A stretch of 63,281 nucleotides of DNA, filler included. It is 4 parts of 4 records of this genome, joined end to end, with 100 filler letters (N's around TTAATTAATTAA, not from the genome) between each part and the next. Parts side by side here need not be neighbours in the genome. Positions count along the whole stretch, not along the records: positions 16,331 to 42,214 come from SRR2962707_848; positions 42,315 to 57,302 come from SRR2962707_849; 2 more parts are not named here. One strand, written 5' to 3'. The first letter of the stretch is position 1. Every line of letters begins with the position of its first letter. Of this stretch, positions 39,291 through 49,336 are shown in pieces. The notes below the pieces were generated by a model. That model made no database searches. It worked only from the letters and a program-made list of their open reading frames with translations, and had not been told where the DNA came from. The position numbers and the translations under genes are program-made.

Positions 39291-40877
39291 GTGAAAAACT
39301 CGTATTTACTTGCCATATTATCAGGACTATTATTAGCACTAGCTTGGCCAACATATGGTGTCCCTCTGCTTGCTTTTATTGGTTTTGTTCCCTTACTGTT
39401 AGCCGAAAAACACATCCGAGAATCTAATTATAAAAGAAAAGGAGCTAAAGTATTTTTTACAGCATACCTAGCTTTTATTATTTGGAATTCTATAACCACT
39501 TGGTGGATTTGGTATTCTACCCCTTTTGGGATGTTTTTTGCATTGGCTGTGAATTCACTTTTAATGACGATTGTTTTTTCTCTTTATCATTTTGTAGCAA
39601 AGCGTTTACCCGCAAAAATCCATCTTATATTTCTCCCTGCTATTTGGATGGCTTTTGAAAAGTTTCACCTCAACTGGGATTTTTCTTGGCCATGGCTCAA
39701 CTTAGGAAATGCCTTCTCCCAATATACTACTTGGATTCAATGGTATGAGTATACAGGAACTTTTGGAGGTGCACTTTGGATTTGGATTATTAATATTGGA
39801 GTTTTTACAACAATTGTTAAATATCAAGAAAGTAAGAATAGACGTATTTTATCAAAAGGAATTGCTCGCAATGTTTTATTAATTGCGATACCTATTATTT
39901 TTTCTCTCTTTTTACTGAAAAATTACGAGGAGTCCTCTCAAAAAGCAGCAATTACTTTACTACAACCCAATATAGACCCATACTCTCAAAAATATGATAT
40001 TTCAAACCTTCAAATGGCAAAAAGCCTTGTAAAACTAGCTAAACCAGTTGTTACATCGAATACAAATTATGTTATTGCGCCAGAAACGGCATTGGCAAAA
40101 GGCTCCTCTATAGATGCATTTGATAACGCTACAGAAAAAATGGTTTTGCAAAACTTTGTGAGTCAGTATCCAAATATGCAATTTATTACAGGAGTAGACT
40201 TCTATCGTCATTATCCTCAGAAAGAAAAACCTACAATTACTGCAAACTTTTATGGTCAAAATGGTTGGTTTGATTTTTACAATGCTGCCGTACAAGTAGG
40301 AAAAAATAACATTTCAGAAAAATATATAAAATCAAAATTAGTTGTTGGGGTTGAAAACTTTCCTTTTAAAAATGTTCTAGAACCTTTATTAGGAGATGTT
40401 ATGCTAGACTTAGGAGGAACTGTGGCAATGCGAGCAACACAAAAAGACCGCAGCGTTTTCTTTTCAAATGATAAAGTATTTGCAGCTGCTCCTATTATAT
40501 GCTACGAATCTATTTATGGGGAATTTGTAACAGGATATGTAAAAAACGGAGCTAACTTTTTAGCAATTATTACTAATGATGCTTGGTGGGACAACACCCA
40601 AGGACATAAGCAACATTTAAGTTACGCAAGACTTCGTGCTATAGAAACTCGTAAAAGTGTTGCCAGAAGTGCAAATACGGGAATTTCTGCCTTTATAAAT
40701 GAGAAGGGAGAGGTTACCAAAACACTTGCTTATAATGCCAAAGGAAGTTTATCTGGAGAAGTTACTATCAATAATAAAGAAACCTTTTATGTAAAATATG
40801 GGGATTATATTGCCCGATTGAGTGTGCTTTTTGCAGGAATGATTTTACTTTATGCTATTGCTCGTAAAAAACAATAA
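39291..40877 (+). CDS. lnt: Apolipoprotein N-acyltransferase
   Basis: WPWLNLGN, QPNIDP, PETA, K..LV.GVE, ICYES, TNDAWW, RAIE, ANTGIS. Confidence 0.95.
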   Translation: MKNSYLLAILSGLLLALAWPTYGVPLLAFIGFVPLLLAEKHIRESNYKRKGAKVFFTAYLAFIIWNSITTWWIWYSTPFGMFFALAVNSLLMTIVFSLYHFVAKRLPAKIHLIFLPAIWMAFEKFHLNWDFSWPWLNLGNAFSQYTTWIQWYEYTGTFGGALWIWIINIGVFTTIVKYQESKNRRILSKGIARNVLLIAIPIIFSLFLLKNYEESSQKAAITLLQPNIDPYSQKYDISNLQMAKSLVKLAKPVVTSNTNYVIAPETALAKGSSIDAFDNATEKMVLQNFVSQYPNMQFITGVDFYRHYPQKEKPTITANFYGQNGWFDFYNAAVQVGKNNISEKYIKSKLVVGVENFPFKNVLEPLLGDVMLDLGGTVAMRATQKDRSVFFSNDKVFAAAPIICYESIYGEFVTGYVKNGANFLAIITNDAWWDNTQGHKQHLSYARLRAIETRKSVARSANTGISAFINEKGEVTKTLAYNAKGSLSGEVTINNKETFYVKYGDYIARLSVLFAGMILLYAIARKKQ

Positions 40878-40938
40878 CTTTTTACTGTTAATTAGAAATG
40901 CTAAATCAAACTCACGGTATGTAACTTCCTTTAGATAT

Positions 40939-41607
40939 TTAATGAGACTTAAATTTTTTAACCCCAGCAGTAATTGCATAATCTAACGTATTCTCTTTTG
41001 GCACAATAGGACAAGAGTATTTTTTATTATACGCACAATACGGATTATACGCTTTATTAAAGTCAATTGTAATGGAATCGGTTTCCGGGATCCTAAGGTC
41101 TATATAACGCCCCCCTCCATAGGTTTCTTCCCCATTAGTTTTATCAGCAAATGGCAAAAAGAGATAATCTTTATATTCTTCTGTTTCTTTTAACTGTAGA
41201 TTTTGATATACGTTTAAAGAAAACTTTTTACCATGCAATTCAAAATAAAGGATTCCAAACAAAACTTCCTCCGATTTTCTATCTGTGGTTGTTGGCATTA
41301 AAAATGGCTGTTCGTTTGGAGTTAATTCTAATTTGGCAACCACATTAAAACTTGTATCTATTGGAAAAAATTCTAAACTCTCAAATCCTATAAAATCTTC
41401 TTTCGTTAATGGAGATTCTTTAGGATCTGCATATTCTTCATTTATTTCCTTCTGAAAAGCTAGTGCCTGAGCTTCCTTACTTAATTCAGTTTTTATATTT
41501 TCTGAAGTTGCTTTTATTTCCTTTTTATCATCATGATATTTTTTCCCATCCTTACAAGCAGTCATTAAAAACACAATAGAAAGAGTAATAAAAAAGTTTA
41601 ATTTCAC
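40939..41607 (-). CDS. DUF1684 family lipoprotein
   Basis: FLPFADKTNG..TYGGGRY, DFNKAYNPYCAY...SCP. Confidence 0.92.
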   Translation of the reverse strand: MKLNFFITLSIVFLMTACKDGKKYHDDKKEIKATSENIKTELSKEAQALAFQKEINEEYADPKESPLTKEDFIGFESLEFFPIDTSFNVVAKLELTPNEQPFLMPTTTDRKSEEVLFGILYFELHGKKFSLNVYQNLQLKETEEYKDYLFLPFADKTNGEETYGGGRYIDLRIPETDSITIDFNKAYNPYCAYNKKYSCPIVPKENTLDYAITAGVKKFKSH

Positions 41608-41805
41608 ACTAATAAATTTAAGTTTAACAATTAATTCTCAATGTTTTATCCCACAACACAAAGCGCCACTACCTTTAAAAAGACCTTCGTTTTATTATTC
41701 CCTTTTGTGGAAGTAACTGTTCTTGGTCATTATAAAATCCTACTATAAGGACATTTTAAATAGTTTTTTCTGAAAAACAAAAATACAACTTATTACTTTT
41801 TTAAG

Positions 41806-41813
41806 TAGCTTTG
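41806..41813 (+). promoter_or_regulatory. Bacteroidetes -7 element upstream of the leader peptide
   Basis: TAGCTTTG 39 nt before ATG 41853. Confidence 0.6.
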
Positions 41814-41852
41814 TTTTGAATTCGTTTAGGCGAGTTCATTAACAATAAAAAA

Positions 41853-41930
41853 ATGATGAAACATATTACAACGTATAATAAATCTTATGTGTACTCTCTG
41901 GTACGCTGTTGGTGCTTTTGTATGATGTAA
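41853..41930 (+). CDS. Putative leader peptide (25 aa) MMKHITTYNKSYVYSLVRCWCFCMM
   Basis: Hand translation; A-rich initiation context, upstream promoter, downstream terminator with alternative pairing. Confidence 0.65.
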   Translation: MMKHITTYNKSYVYSLVRCWCFCMM

Positions 41931-41953
41931 TAATGTTACAAACATAACTATAT

Positions 41954-41990
41954 AAAAGCCCGACGCTAAAAACGTCGGGCTTTTCTTTTT
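41954..41990 (+). terminator. Intrinsic terminator (candidate attenuator)
   Basis: AAAAGCCCGACG-ctaaaaa-CGTCGGGCTTTT followed by CTTTTT. Confidence 0.88.
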
Positions 41991-42019
41991 AAAACCAATT
42001 AATAATTTTTTAAACTGAT

Positions 42020-42040
42020 AAACCCCATACAGAGGGATTT
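42020..42040 (+). repeat. Isolated dispersed-repeat terminus
   Basis: AAACCCCATACAGAGGGATTT. Confidence 0.4.
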
Positions 42041-42109
42041 GTTTTAGTTTAAGTATTTGCCTTAATAAAAGTAATTGAACAAAGCTAAGGGTTTTAAAAA
42101 AGCTAGTTA

Positions 42110-42214
42110 TTAATCAACTACCTCGGGGCAAACTATGAGGTAGTCAAAGGAAAATAAGTAAATCCATTTCGATATCGAGCCCTTTGGTAAACTCTGGACA
42201 GGCTTTGGGGAATA
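42110..42214 (+). repeat. Dispersed repeat copy, truncated at contig end
   Basis: ACTACCTC..GAGGTAGT hairpin, AATCCATTTCGAT, GAGCCCTTTGGTAAACTCTGGACAGGCTTTGGGGAATA. Confidence 0.85.
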
Positions 42215-42314
42215 NNNNNNNNNNNNNNNNNNNNNNNNNNNNNNNNNNNNNNNNNNNNTTAATTAATTAANNNNNNNNNNNNNNNNNNNNNNNNNNNNNN
42301 NNNNNNNNNNNNNN
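42215..42314. other. Artificial contig spacer
   Basis: 100-nt N block with TTAATTAATTAA at 42259-42270. Confidence 0.99.
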
Positions 42315-42343
42315 CGTGGTCGTGGTCGTGGTCGTGGTCGTGG
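42315..42343. repeat. (CGTGGT)n hexamer repeat encoding the His-Asp tract
   Basis: Four full units plus CGTGG at the contig start. Confidence 0.9.
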
Positions 42344-42990
42344 CTATCATGCGTTGCGTTGGTCGTATCGACAACCCCCTGCGCTACGATCAAACAAGGG
42401 TCTAGATCTGACTCTAAAAGGGACATAGGGTCCTTCATCACCAGTTGTTCTGGCTGCAACCCTCGAGATTGGCAATAGCGCATCAATCTCTTTGTATCCG
42501 CTTCGCGGTATGCTGACACATGGCTTGCCACCAAGACATTGGCACACTCTAGCTGATCGTTAAAAATCGCATGTCGTGTGTAGCGTTCATCGGCTAGGTT
42601 ACGCGCATCGAGCACACAAAATGCCCCAGTGACCAACAAGACATCTTGATATTTTGGTGTCTTTAACGAGTCAATAATTTGTCGCGGATGCCCTAATCCG
42701 GAAGGCTCAATCAGAATTCGGTCAGGGTTTTGCTCACGTATCAGTTGGTTTAATCCCTGAGCAAACGCCGCCGAGGTCGTACAGCAAACACAGCCTCCGG
42801 GGACTTCCTTAATCGCCACGCCGCTATCGCTCAGTAAGGCGCCATCCAATCCAATTTCACCAAATTCATTGACCAGCACAGCCCAACGCTCATAGGCTGG
42901 CGCTTGCGCTAACAAGTCACGAATTAAGGTGGTTTTACCTGCCCCTAAAAAGCCCGTGATAATAGTGACCTTAATCCCTTGATAACGCAT
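42315..42990 (-). CDS. CobW/YjiA (COG0523) metal-chaperone GTPase, 3' truncated
   Basis: GFLGAGKTT, NEFGE, GCVCC, IEPSG, His-Asp tail. Confidence 0.92.
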
Positions 42991-43017
42991 TCATGTCTCC
43001 GCTAAAACAGCAACACA

Positions 43018-43551
43018 CTAAGCGCGCTTGGTGCGCACTTTAACATTGTTATTCACGTCTTTACTGCTACGAATCAGCTCATCATCGGCCACCGCACGAG
43101 AAGATTTTGCTAAGCGATCGTACAAGACAACATTCACCGAGGCGGCCAAATTCATGCAACCTATTGTAGGCACAAACACCACATGATCCGCACGATCTAC
43201 GACTTTCTGGCTGATGGTGCCATCTTCTGGGCCAAACACATACAGCGCCTTTTCAGGGTGTTCAAATGCCGGCAAAGGCGTCGCCCCTTGGATTAGATCC
43301 ACACACACAATTTTTGTCTGTGCATCCACCGCATCAATCAATTCGTCCAGACCAAGTGACGCTATGTTAATTAAAGGAATGGATACATGGGCCTTCTTCG
43401 TGTCTGTCGACAATTTAGCCGCGCGGTCGTAGCGCTGGCCAGAGTACAAGACTTGATCCACTTGATAACAGCCAGCGGCACGCATAACTGAGCCAACGTT
43501 TGAGGTACTTTTCGGGTTTGTTAGACCAATAGAAACAAAATCAGTATTCAT
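43018..43551 (-). CDS. SpoU/TrmH family RNA methyltransferase
   Basis: NVGSVMRA, FGPEDG, CMNLAAS..VVLYDR. Confidence 0.9.
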   Translation of the reverse strand: MNTDFVSIGLTNPKSTSNVGSVMRAAGCYQVDQVLYSGQRYDRAAKLSTDTKKAHVSIPLINIASLGLDELIDAVDAQTKIVCVDLIQGATPLPAFEHPEKALYVFGPEDGTISQKVVDRADHVVFVPTIGCMNLAASVNVVLYDRLAKSSRAVADDELIRSSKDVNNNVKVRTKRA

Positions 43552-43744
43552 ATGGGGTTAGATAGACCTTAAAAGAACGAAGCGCCGTTTAAAAAAGACG
43601 CAATGAAAGAGCACAAATAATACCATCCTTTTGGTCAATTCCTATTAATAAGGCAACTCCTCGCAAACGCCCTGTGCCAATTGCTCCCACCCTTCGATTC
43701 GGGCTATGCTGCTTTTCTTTATGCCACCATTACGAGTAAAAGCG

Positions 43745-44605
43745 ATGTCATTCATTAAAAAATGTGGTCTAACCCTTTTTGCCGCCGCGGCGTTTCAAAC
43801 CCAAGCAGCATCGGTCTGGAAGGTTATGTCAGGTAACAATGCATTATATTTAGGCGGCACTATTCATATTTTATCTCCCGATGACTACCCACTTCCGACG
43901 GCCTATGATGAAGCTTATCGCGCCTCGGATAAGGTCATTTTCGAAACAGACATTAACACCATAAATTCTCGTGAATTTCAGCAAAAAATGGTCAGCCAAC
44001 TCTCCTATTCCGACGGCACCACCATTGACCAAGTTCTAAAGCCAGAGACTTACCAAGCCCTCGCCCGCTTTCTAGAAGCGCGCCATATTCCCATGGACAA
44101 AATTGCCCCTTTGAAGCCGAGCTTAATCGCGATGACGCTCAGCGTGATGGAATTGCAATCCTTAGGATTCACCAGCGAAGGCGTAGACCAATATTATTCA
44201 GCAAAAGCCACCCTCGACCACAAACATCAAGGCTGGCTAGAAGCCCCTCAAGACCAGATTGATGTACTAGAAAGCATAGGGGAAGGCGACGAAAGCGAGA
44301 TGATAGATTATTCTCTGCAAGACATTGAAGACATGCCCAATACCATTGACGTACTAAGAAAAAGTTGGCGCGATGGCAATATGATCGCCATGGCTGAGGC
44401 AACCATTACCGACTTTAAAGAAGACTACCCAGAGATATACGAAGAACTATTGGTTGCGCGAAACAAGCATTGGTTGCCGCAAATCGAAGCCATGCTAAAT
44501 GACAGCAGCACGGAATTTGTCATGGTTGGGGCCATGCACCTTGCGGGGCCAGATGGATTATTAGCCCAGCTAGAAGCCAGCGGCTATCAGGTTGAAAAGC
44601 TGTAA
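43745..44605 (+). CDS. TraB/GumN family protein
   Basis: Signal peptide; YLGGTIH, FE, GVD, LE...Q, RN..W, VGAMHL.G; start placed at MSFIKK. Confidence 0.9.
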   Translation: MSFIKKCGLTLFAAAAFQTQAASVWKVMSGNNALYLGGTIHILSPDDYPLPTAYDEAYRASDKVIFETDINTINSREFQQKMVSQLSYSDGTTIDQVLKPETYQALARFLEARHIPMDKIAPLKPSLIAMTLSVMELQSLGFTSEGVDQYYSAKATLDHKHQGWLEAPQDQIDVLESIGEGDESEMIDYSLQDIEDMPNTIDVLRKSWRDGNMIAMAEATITDFKEDYPEIYEELLVARNKHWLPQIEAMLNDSSTEFVMVGAMHLAGPDGLLAQLEASGYQVEKL

Positions 44606-44636
44606 AACACGCAGCCTAGCAGCATTAAAAACGAGA

Positions 44637-44834
44637 CTAAAAAGTCTCGTTTTCTGAATGCACAGACACCCGCTCTGAACCATCGATTGCATCCTGCACA
44701 TGAAATACAATCGGCTGACAACAGACCTGACAGTCTTCGATATATTCTTGAGGCTCGTCCAATAGTTCAACGCTAACACTGATTATTTCACCGCAATAGG
44801 GACAGGCAATGTCCGTTTCAATCAACTCGCCCAT
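44637..44834 (-). CDS. CPXCG motif cysteine-rich protein
   Basis: CPYCGE...YIEDCQVCCQPI; SD GAGG upstream of MGELIE. Confidence 0.88.
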   Translation of the reverse strand: MGELIETDIACPYCGEIISVSVELLDEPQEYIEDCQVCCQPIVFHVQDAIDGSERVSVHSENETF

Positions 44835-45038
44835 TGGTCGCTTCCTCACCTTTTTTAACGTGCTTTTAAATCTAGCACACCCATCTTGCCAATAGGCTTA
44901 TTTTACTCCCCTTTACCCAGACAATTACCCCCAACATCACAGGGGCTGTTTAGGCTTCGCAAAAGGCAAGGATTGATATATGATGCGCCCCTCATTTTTC
45001 TCGCCGTCTTTTTGCGCGCGGCGCCTAGCAAGGTAATT

Positions 45039-45803
45039 ATGTCTTATAACGCGTTATACAGTGACTTGTCTGGTTATTATGATCTTATGTGTGCCGACAT
45101 TGACTATCAAAGCCAAAGCAACAGCGCCCATCGTCTGAATCAGATTTTTGGCAATGGTGGCAAGCAGCATTTAGACTTGGCTTGCGGCACCGGCCCTCAC
45201 ATTGCTCACCTAATGCAAGATGGCTTTACTTGTCGCGGTTTGGATATTAATCAGCCCATGTTAGACATTGCCAAACAACGTTGTCCAGACGCTGAGTTCG
45301 CACAAGGCAATATGTGCGCCTTCGAGACGGAACACCCATTCGACTTAATTACCTGCTTTTTGTATTCGATACATTACAGTGGTGACTTAGACAACCTAAA
45401 AAGCTGCATCAAAAGCGCCTACCAAGCCTTAACTCACGGCGGAGTTTTCTATTTTAACGTCGTGGCTAAAAGCCAGATTGATAATGCGCTGTTTGCCAAA
45501 CACAGCGTGCAACAGGACCAAGATCTGTTCCACTTTAGCTCAGCGTGGCACTACATTGGTCATGGCGAGAAACAAACGCTCAACGTGCGAATCGACAAAA
45601 CAACCGATCAACAAACACTCACTTGGGAAGATGAACACCCGATGGTGGCGCTCAACTTTGATGAACTGCAAACACTGCTCGCACCGTATTTTGACGTGCA
45701 TGTGTTTGAACATAACTATGACAGCATTACACCGTGGGACCACAGCTCAGGCAATGCTATTTTTGTTTGTGTAAAGCGCGAGCAAAACGACAACGAACGT
45801 TAG
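45039..45803 (+). CDS. Class I SAM-dependent methyltransferase
   Basis: LDLACGTG, GLD, FDLITC; start placed at MSYNAL after AAGGT. Confidence 0.9.
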   Translation: MSYNALYSDLSGYYDLMCADIDYQSQSNSAHRLNQIFGNGGKQHLDLACGTGPHIAHLMQDGFTCRGLDINQPMLDIAKQRCPDAEFAQGNMCAFETEHPFDLITCFLYSIHYSGDLDNLKSCIKSAYQALTHGGVFYFNVVAKSQIDNALFAKHSVQQDQDLFHFSSAWHYIGHGEKQTLNVRIDKTTDQQTLTWEDEHPMVALNFDELQTLLAPYFDVHVFEHNYDSITPWDHSSGNAIFVCVKREQNDNER

Positions 45804-45887
45804 AGTCATAACCCTAGAGGCGATGAACGTACGAACCATCAGGCTTTATGATGCATAAAGCCCTAACGCCTCTCTTTGGAAACCAGG

Positions 45888-46166
45888 CTATTTGCTTTTC
45901 CAAATCGTCGCCACGGCGCGTTCAGTCCCCAGAAAACCAACGATATCGCAAACCAGCCCCACCGCTAAAAACACCACAATCGGAATCACACCACCAACTT
46001 CTGAAAATTTCACCGACAATGACAAGGACGCGATCGACAACGCACAAAACAACAACCCAATCACGATCAAGATTTTCCGATGAGAAGGTTTATACACATA
46101 TTCCTCTTCCCCCTTTTCAAAAGGAGCAAGAACGAACGAAAACCCTTTTCTTAATGACTCTTTCAT
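45888..46166 (-). CDS. Small two-TM membrane protein
   Basis: YKPSHRKILIVIG, two TM helices, ends ERAVATIWKSK; start placed at MKESLR. Confidence 0.75.
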   Translation of the reverse strand: MKESLRKGFSFVLAPFEKGEEEYVYKPSHRKILIVIGLLFCALSIASLSLSVKFSEVGGVIPIVVFLAVGLVCDIVGFLGTERAVATIWKSK

Positions 46167-46235
46167 AGCAACCTTAAAATAATAACGATTAGCGTAAAAT
46201 GCCTGCAATAAGGGTGCCGATAACCATCCCCCCCC

Positions 46236-46883
46236 TTACTCAACAAACACATCCTGCAACGCAAAAACGGCCAAACCGCTGCCATCAGATTGGCTGACTT
46301 GCGCCATTTTTATGGCGACTTCAGTCCCTTTAATTGGACGATAACGCCGTAGCCAAGGCAACACGAGCAACACTGGAGACAGGAGACTAGCAAGCACCTC
46401 ACCGAAACGAAAATCCGCACGTGCACCAAGCAACAAAGAGGGTTGAAATAGACTGGTGCGAGGAAAAGGCAATGCCTTGATGCGATCTTCTAGCTCACCT
46501 TTCATGCATAAATAGGCATTTCTGCTGTTGGCATTCGCACCACTTGAAGACACTAAAAGATAATGGGATACACCTTGTTTAAGAGCAAGCTTCGCGGCAT
46601 TCAGTTGATAGTCCAAATCTACTTTTCTCTGTGCTTGAATCGACCCCGCTTGCTTTAACGTTGTGCCCAAACAAGAAAACAACATATCGGCGGTAAAGTA
46701 GTCGGCATAATCCTCAAGTCGATCAAAATCCACCACCTGATTTTCAACTTTCTCGGCGTCATGATGGGCTGGGCGTCGCGTCAGCGTCACCACCTTGGTG
46801 ATCGCTTCGATGCCCACCAACTGATCCACCAAGGCGCGACCCACCAAGCCTGTCGCGCCAATAACAACGGCTGTTTTCCCCAT
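46236..46883 (-). CDS. NAD(P)-binding oxidoreductase (YraR/HTATIP2-like)
   Basis: GATGLVG, CLGTT, VSSSGA, KGELE, PSLLLG. Confidence 0.9.
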   Translation of the reverse strand: MGKTAVVIGATGLVGRALVDQLVGIEAITKVVTLTRRPAHHDAEKVENQVVDFDRLEDYADYFTADMLFSCLGTTLKQAGSIQAQRKVDLDYQLNAAKLALKQGVSHYLLVSSSGANANSRNAYLCMKGELEDRIKALPFPRTSLFQPSLLLGARADFRFGEVLASLLSPVLLVLPWLRRYRPIKGTEVAIKMAQVSQSDGSGLAVFALQDVFVE

Positions 46884-46944
46884 ACTTTACGCCTTTCGAT
46901 TTGTCTCGTTCAATTTATGCCATGGGCTGACCATACGCCAACAC

Positions 46945-46981
46945 AAAAAAAAGGCCAGAGACACAGCCTCTAGCCTTTTTT
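46945..46981 (-). terminator. Intrinsic terminator after ilvE
   Basis: AAAAAAAAGGCCAGAG...CTCTAGCCTTTTTT. Confidence 0.8.
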
Positions 46982-47005
46982 ATAACACGATTTTATTCGC
47001 GAAAG

Positions 47006-48004
47006 TTACGCGATTTTTGTTAACCAATTATGTGTATCTGGCGCATTGCCCCATTGAATGTCATTCAATGCTTTACGCAATTTTTCAACAACCGGACCAG
47101 GTTCGCCAGAACCTACCTTGATGTCTTCGCCATTATGAATAAATGTACCAACAGACGTTAGAACAGCGGCGGTACCAGATAATGCGGCTTCAACGCCAGG
47201 TTTTGCAGCACGCTCAAGCAATTCTGCCACGGTAATATCGCGCTCTGTGACCGTCATACCCAGGTCAGCAGCCAATGTCAGTACAGAAGAACGAGTGACG
47301 CCATGTAGGAAGCTGCTGTCTAGCGCTTTGGTAATAATTTCATTGCCGTCGATTAACAAGAAGTTCGCCGCACCGGTTTCTTGAACATCGCCATTTGGGC
47401 AGAACAAGATTTGATCCGCTTGCAGGTCAGCTTTGGCTTTCATCGTTGGGCCAAGCGCACTGGCATAGTTACCACCGCTTTTGATAATGCCCATATGTGG
47501 TGCACAACGCATGCCTGTTTCATCCAATAGCAAACGTAATGCTTTTACGCCGCCAGTAAAGTAATCCCCAACAGGAGACAATAAGATGTACAGCATAGAA
47601 GAGACACTAGGCGTAGCAGCTTTACCAATCGCAGCTTCTGTACCAATGTGCGTAGGACGAATGTACAAAGACCCTGGTGGCTCAGGCACGTCGCTCGCAA
47701 ACTCAGCGACCGCGTCTAAAATCATTTGAGAGACTTGTTCTTTATCGATCGTTGGCAACGCCAATAGCTCGCTGCTTTGAGCAAAACGGTTGATGTTCTG
47801 ATCCATGCGGAACACATGAATACTTCCATCCGCATGACGAAACGCTTTTAACCCTTCAAAACAAGTACTTGAGTAATGTAGAACATGGGCACCTGGGTGC
47901 AACTGAATGCTCTGTGCAGAAACAAGCTCTGCTTTACTCCACTGATTATTCTCAAATGTCGTCATTGCCATCTTAGGCAAAAACACGCTACCAAAAGCCG
48001 CCAT
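47006..48004 (-). CDS. ilvE: Branched-chain amino acid aminotransferase
   Basis: LHY..CFEGLKAF, LYIRP, KSGGNY, ETGAAN, L.GVTR, GTAA. Confidence 0.94.
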   Translation of the reverse strand: MAAFGSVFLPKMAMTTFENNQWSKAELVSAQSIQLHPGAHVLHYSSTCFEGLKAFRHADGSIHVFRMDQNINRFAQSSELLALPTIDKEQVSQMILDAVAEFASDVPEPPGSLYIRPTHIGTEAAIGKAATPSVSSMLYILLSPVGDYFTGGVKALRLLLDETGMRCAPHMGIIKSGGNYASALGPTMKAKADLQADQILFCPNGDVQETGAANFLLIDGNEIITKALDSSFLHGVTRSSVLTLAADLGMTVTERDITVAELLERAAKPGVEAALSGTAAVLTSVGTFIHNGEDIKVGSGEPGPVVEKLRKALNDIQWGNAPDTHNWLTKIA

Positions 48005-48278
48005 TATTGTGTCCTATTAAGTCAGATGAATACGATCCAATGTCGCTGTGATAAACGGGCGAAACGCTCTCTTATGATAAAAAGCCTGCCCTATGGTAGT
48101 TGATAGTAAATCAGATTAGTGTCGCAAGAAAGCGAATCAGAAAAGCCATTGCCCGCAAATAGGCTATTTCCAGTATTTTTGCGTAATTCAGCAACAGGAG
48201 GCGAAAAAGAAAGGAGGACTGAGTATCACGACGTAAGGCTTACCAGAAGAGATGAGGACGATAACACTGAGCTGAGGG

Positions 48279-49154
48279 TCATATCGTAAACACGGAAATT
48301 TGATTTCCTCCTGCGTGTTTTGATTGGTACATTGCATGGTCTGCGTGTTGAATCAAAGCCAACACCTCGTTAGCGTGCTCAGGATAATGCGCAATACCGA
48401 TACTGGCCGTCACATGAAATTCAAAACCATCCAGAAAATACGGCGCTTCAATTTCCGAGCGAATTTTCTCTGCCACCTTGTAACTGTCCTCTGCGACATT
48501 GATGCTATTGAGCAACACCAGAAACTCGTCACCCCCTTGCCTTGCCACACTGTCCGACTCACGTACGCTTGAGGTCAATCTACTGGCAATCATTCGCAAT
48601 AGTTTGTCGCCCATTGTATGACTGTAGCGATCGTTCACTTCTTTAAAGCCATCAATATCGATAAACAACAAAGACAATAAGGTGTTTTCCCGTCTGGCTC
48701 TGGTTAACCCTGTTTGCAAGCGATCCAAAAACAGCGAACGATTCGGCAAATCGGTCAATGGATCATGGCGTGCCATGCGCTCTAATCGAGCCTCCATCTG
48801 CTTACGTTCAGTAATATCATGGGCAACGGCAATGCGCAGCTGATGCTCTTCCGACCAACGAGCAGACCATAAGACATGAACAACACGACCACTCTTATGA
48901 ACCCAGCGATTCTCAAAACGAGGCTTCAACTCACCTTGTAACATATGCTCAACCGTTTCATGGGTTTTCTCTACGTCTTCTGGATACAGCATGATGTCCA
49001 TCGGCTTGCCAATCACTTCGCTTGGCGCATAACCAAACAAATCTTCGAAAGCAGCACTCACAAAAACAAACTCCCCTTCACGGTTGACGACACAAACCGC
49101 ATCAAGCATCAGCTCTAATACATCAGGAAGACTAATAAAATCACTTATTTTCAT
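48279..49154 (-). CDS. PAS-domain diguanylate cyclase
   Basis: PAS domain, HDPLTDLPNR, I-site RESD, intact GGDEF; SD GAGGGG before MKISDF. Confidence 0.93.
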   Translation of the reverse strand: MKISDFISLPDVLELMLDAVCVVNREGEFVFVSAAFEDLFGYAPSEVIGKPMDIMLYPEDVEKTHETVEHMLQGELKPRFENRWVHKSGRVVHVLWSARWSEEHQLRIAVAHDITERKQMEARLERMARHDPLTDLPNRSLFLDRLQTGLTRARRENTLLSLLFIDIDGFKEVNDRYSHTMGDKLLRMIASRLTSSVRESDSVARQGGDEFLVLLNSINVAEDSYKVAEKIRSEIEAPYFLDGFEFHVTASIGIAHYPEHANEVLALIQHADHAMYQSKHAGGNQISVFTI

Positions 49155-49336
49155 ATAACCGAACCCCTCTTTCATACAACAAGATCCCTAAAAAACATCC
49201 TGTTGTATTCGGGTTAAATGCTTGTTTTGTGACAGTTAACCTAATAATAGGTTCATTTATTCGCTTTTGTCTTTGTAAAATTCAGAAAAACATCATGAAA
49301 AAGAAAAAAATGCACAAAACAACCAAGCCGATGCGA

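Noticed and set aside
41641-41748. 35-codon ORF MFYPTTQSATT... upstream of DUF1684 on the opposite strand
   Set aside because: No promoter, terminator or motif support; plausible by chance.
42259-42314. ORF-track extensions of CobW (and RnfC to 57350) through Ns
   Set aside because: They read through the spacer; the true 3' ends are missing.
48005-48278. Leader-peptide attenuator or riboswitch upstream of ilvE
   Set aside because: No Ile/Leu/Val-rich mini-ORF or terminator found on the minus strand.
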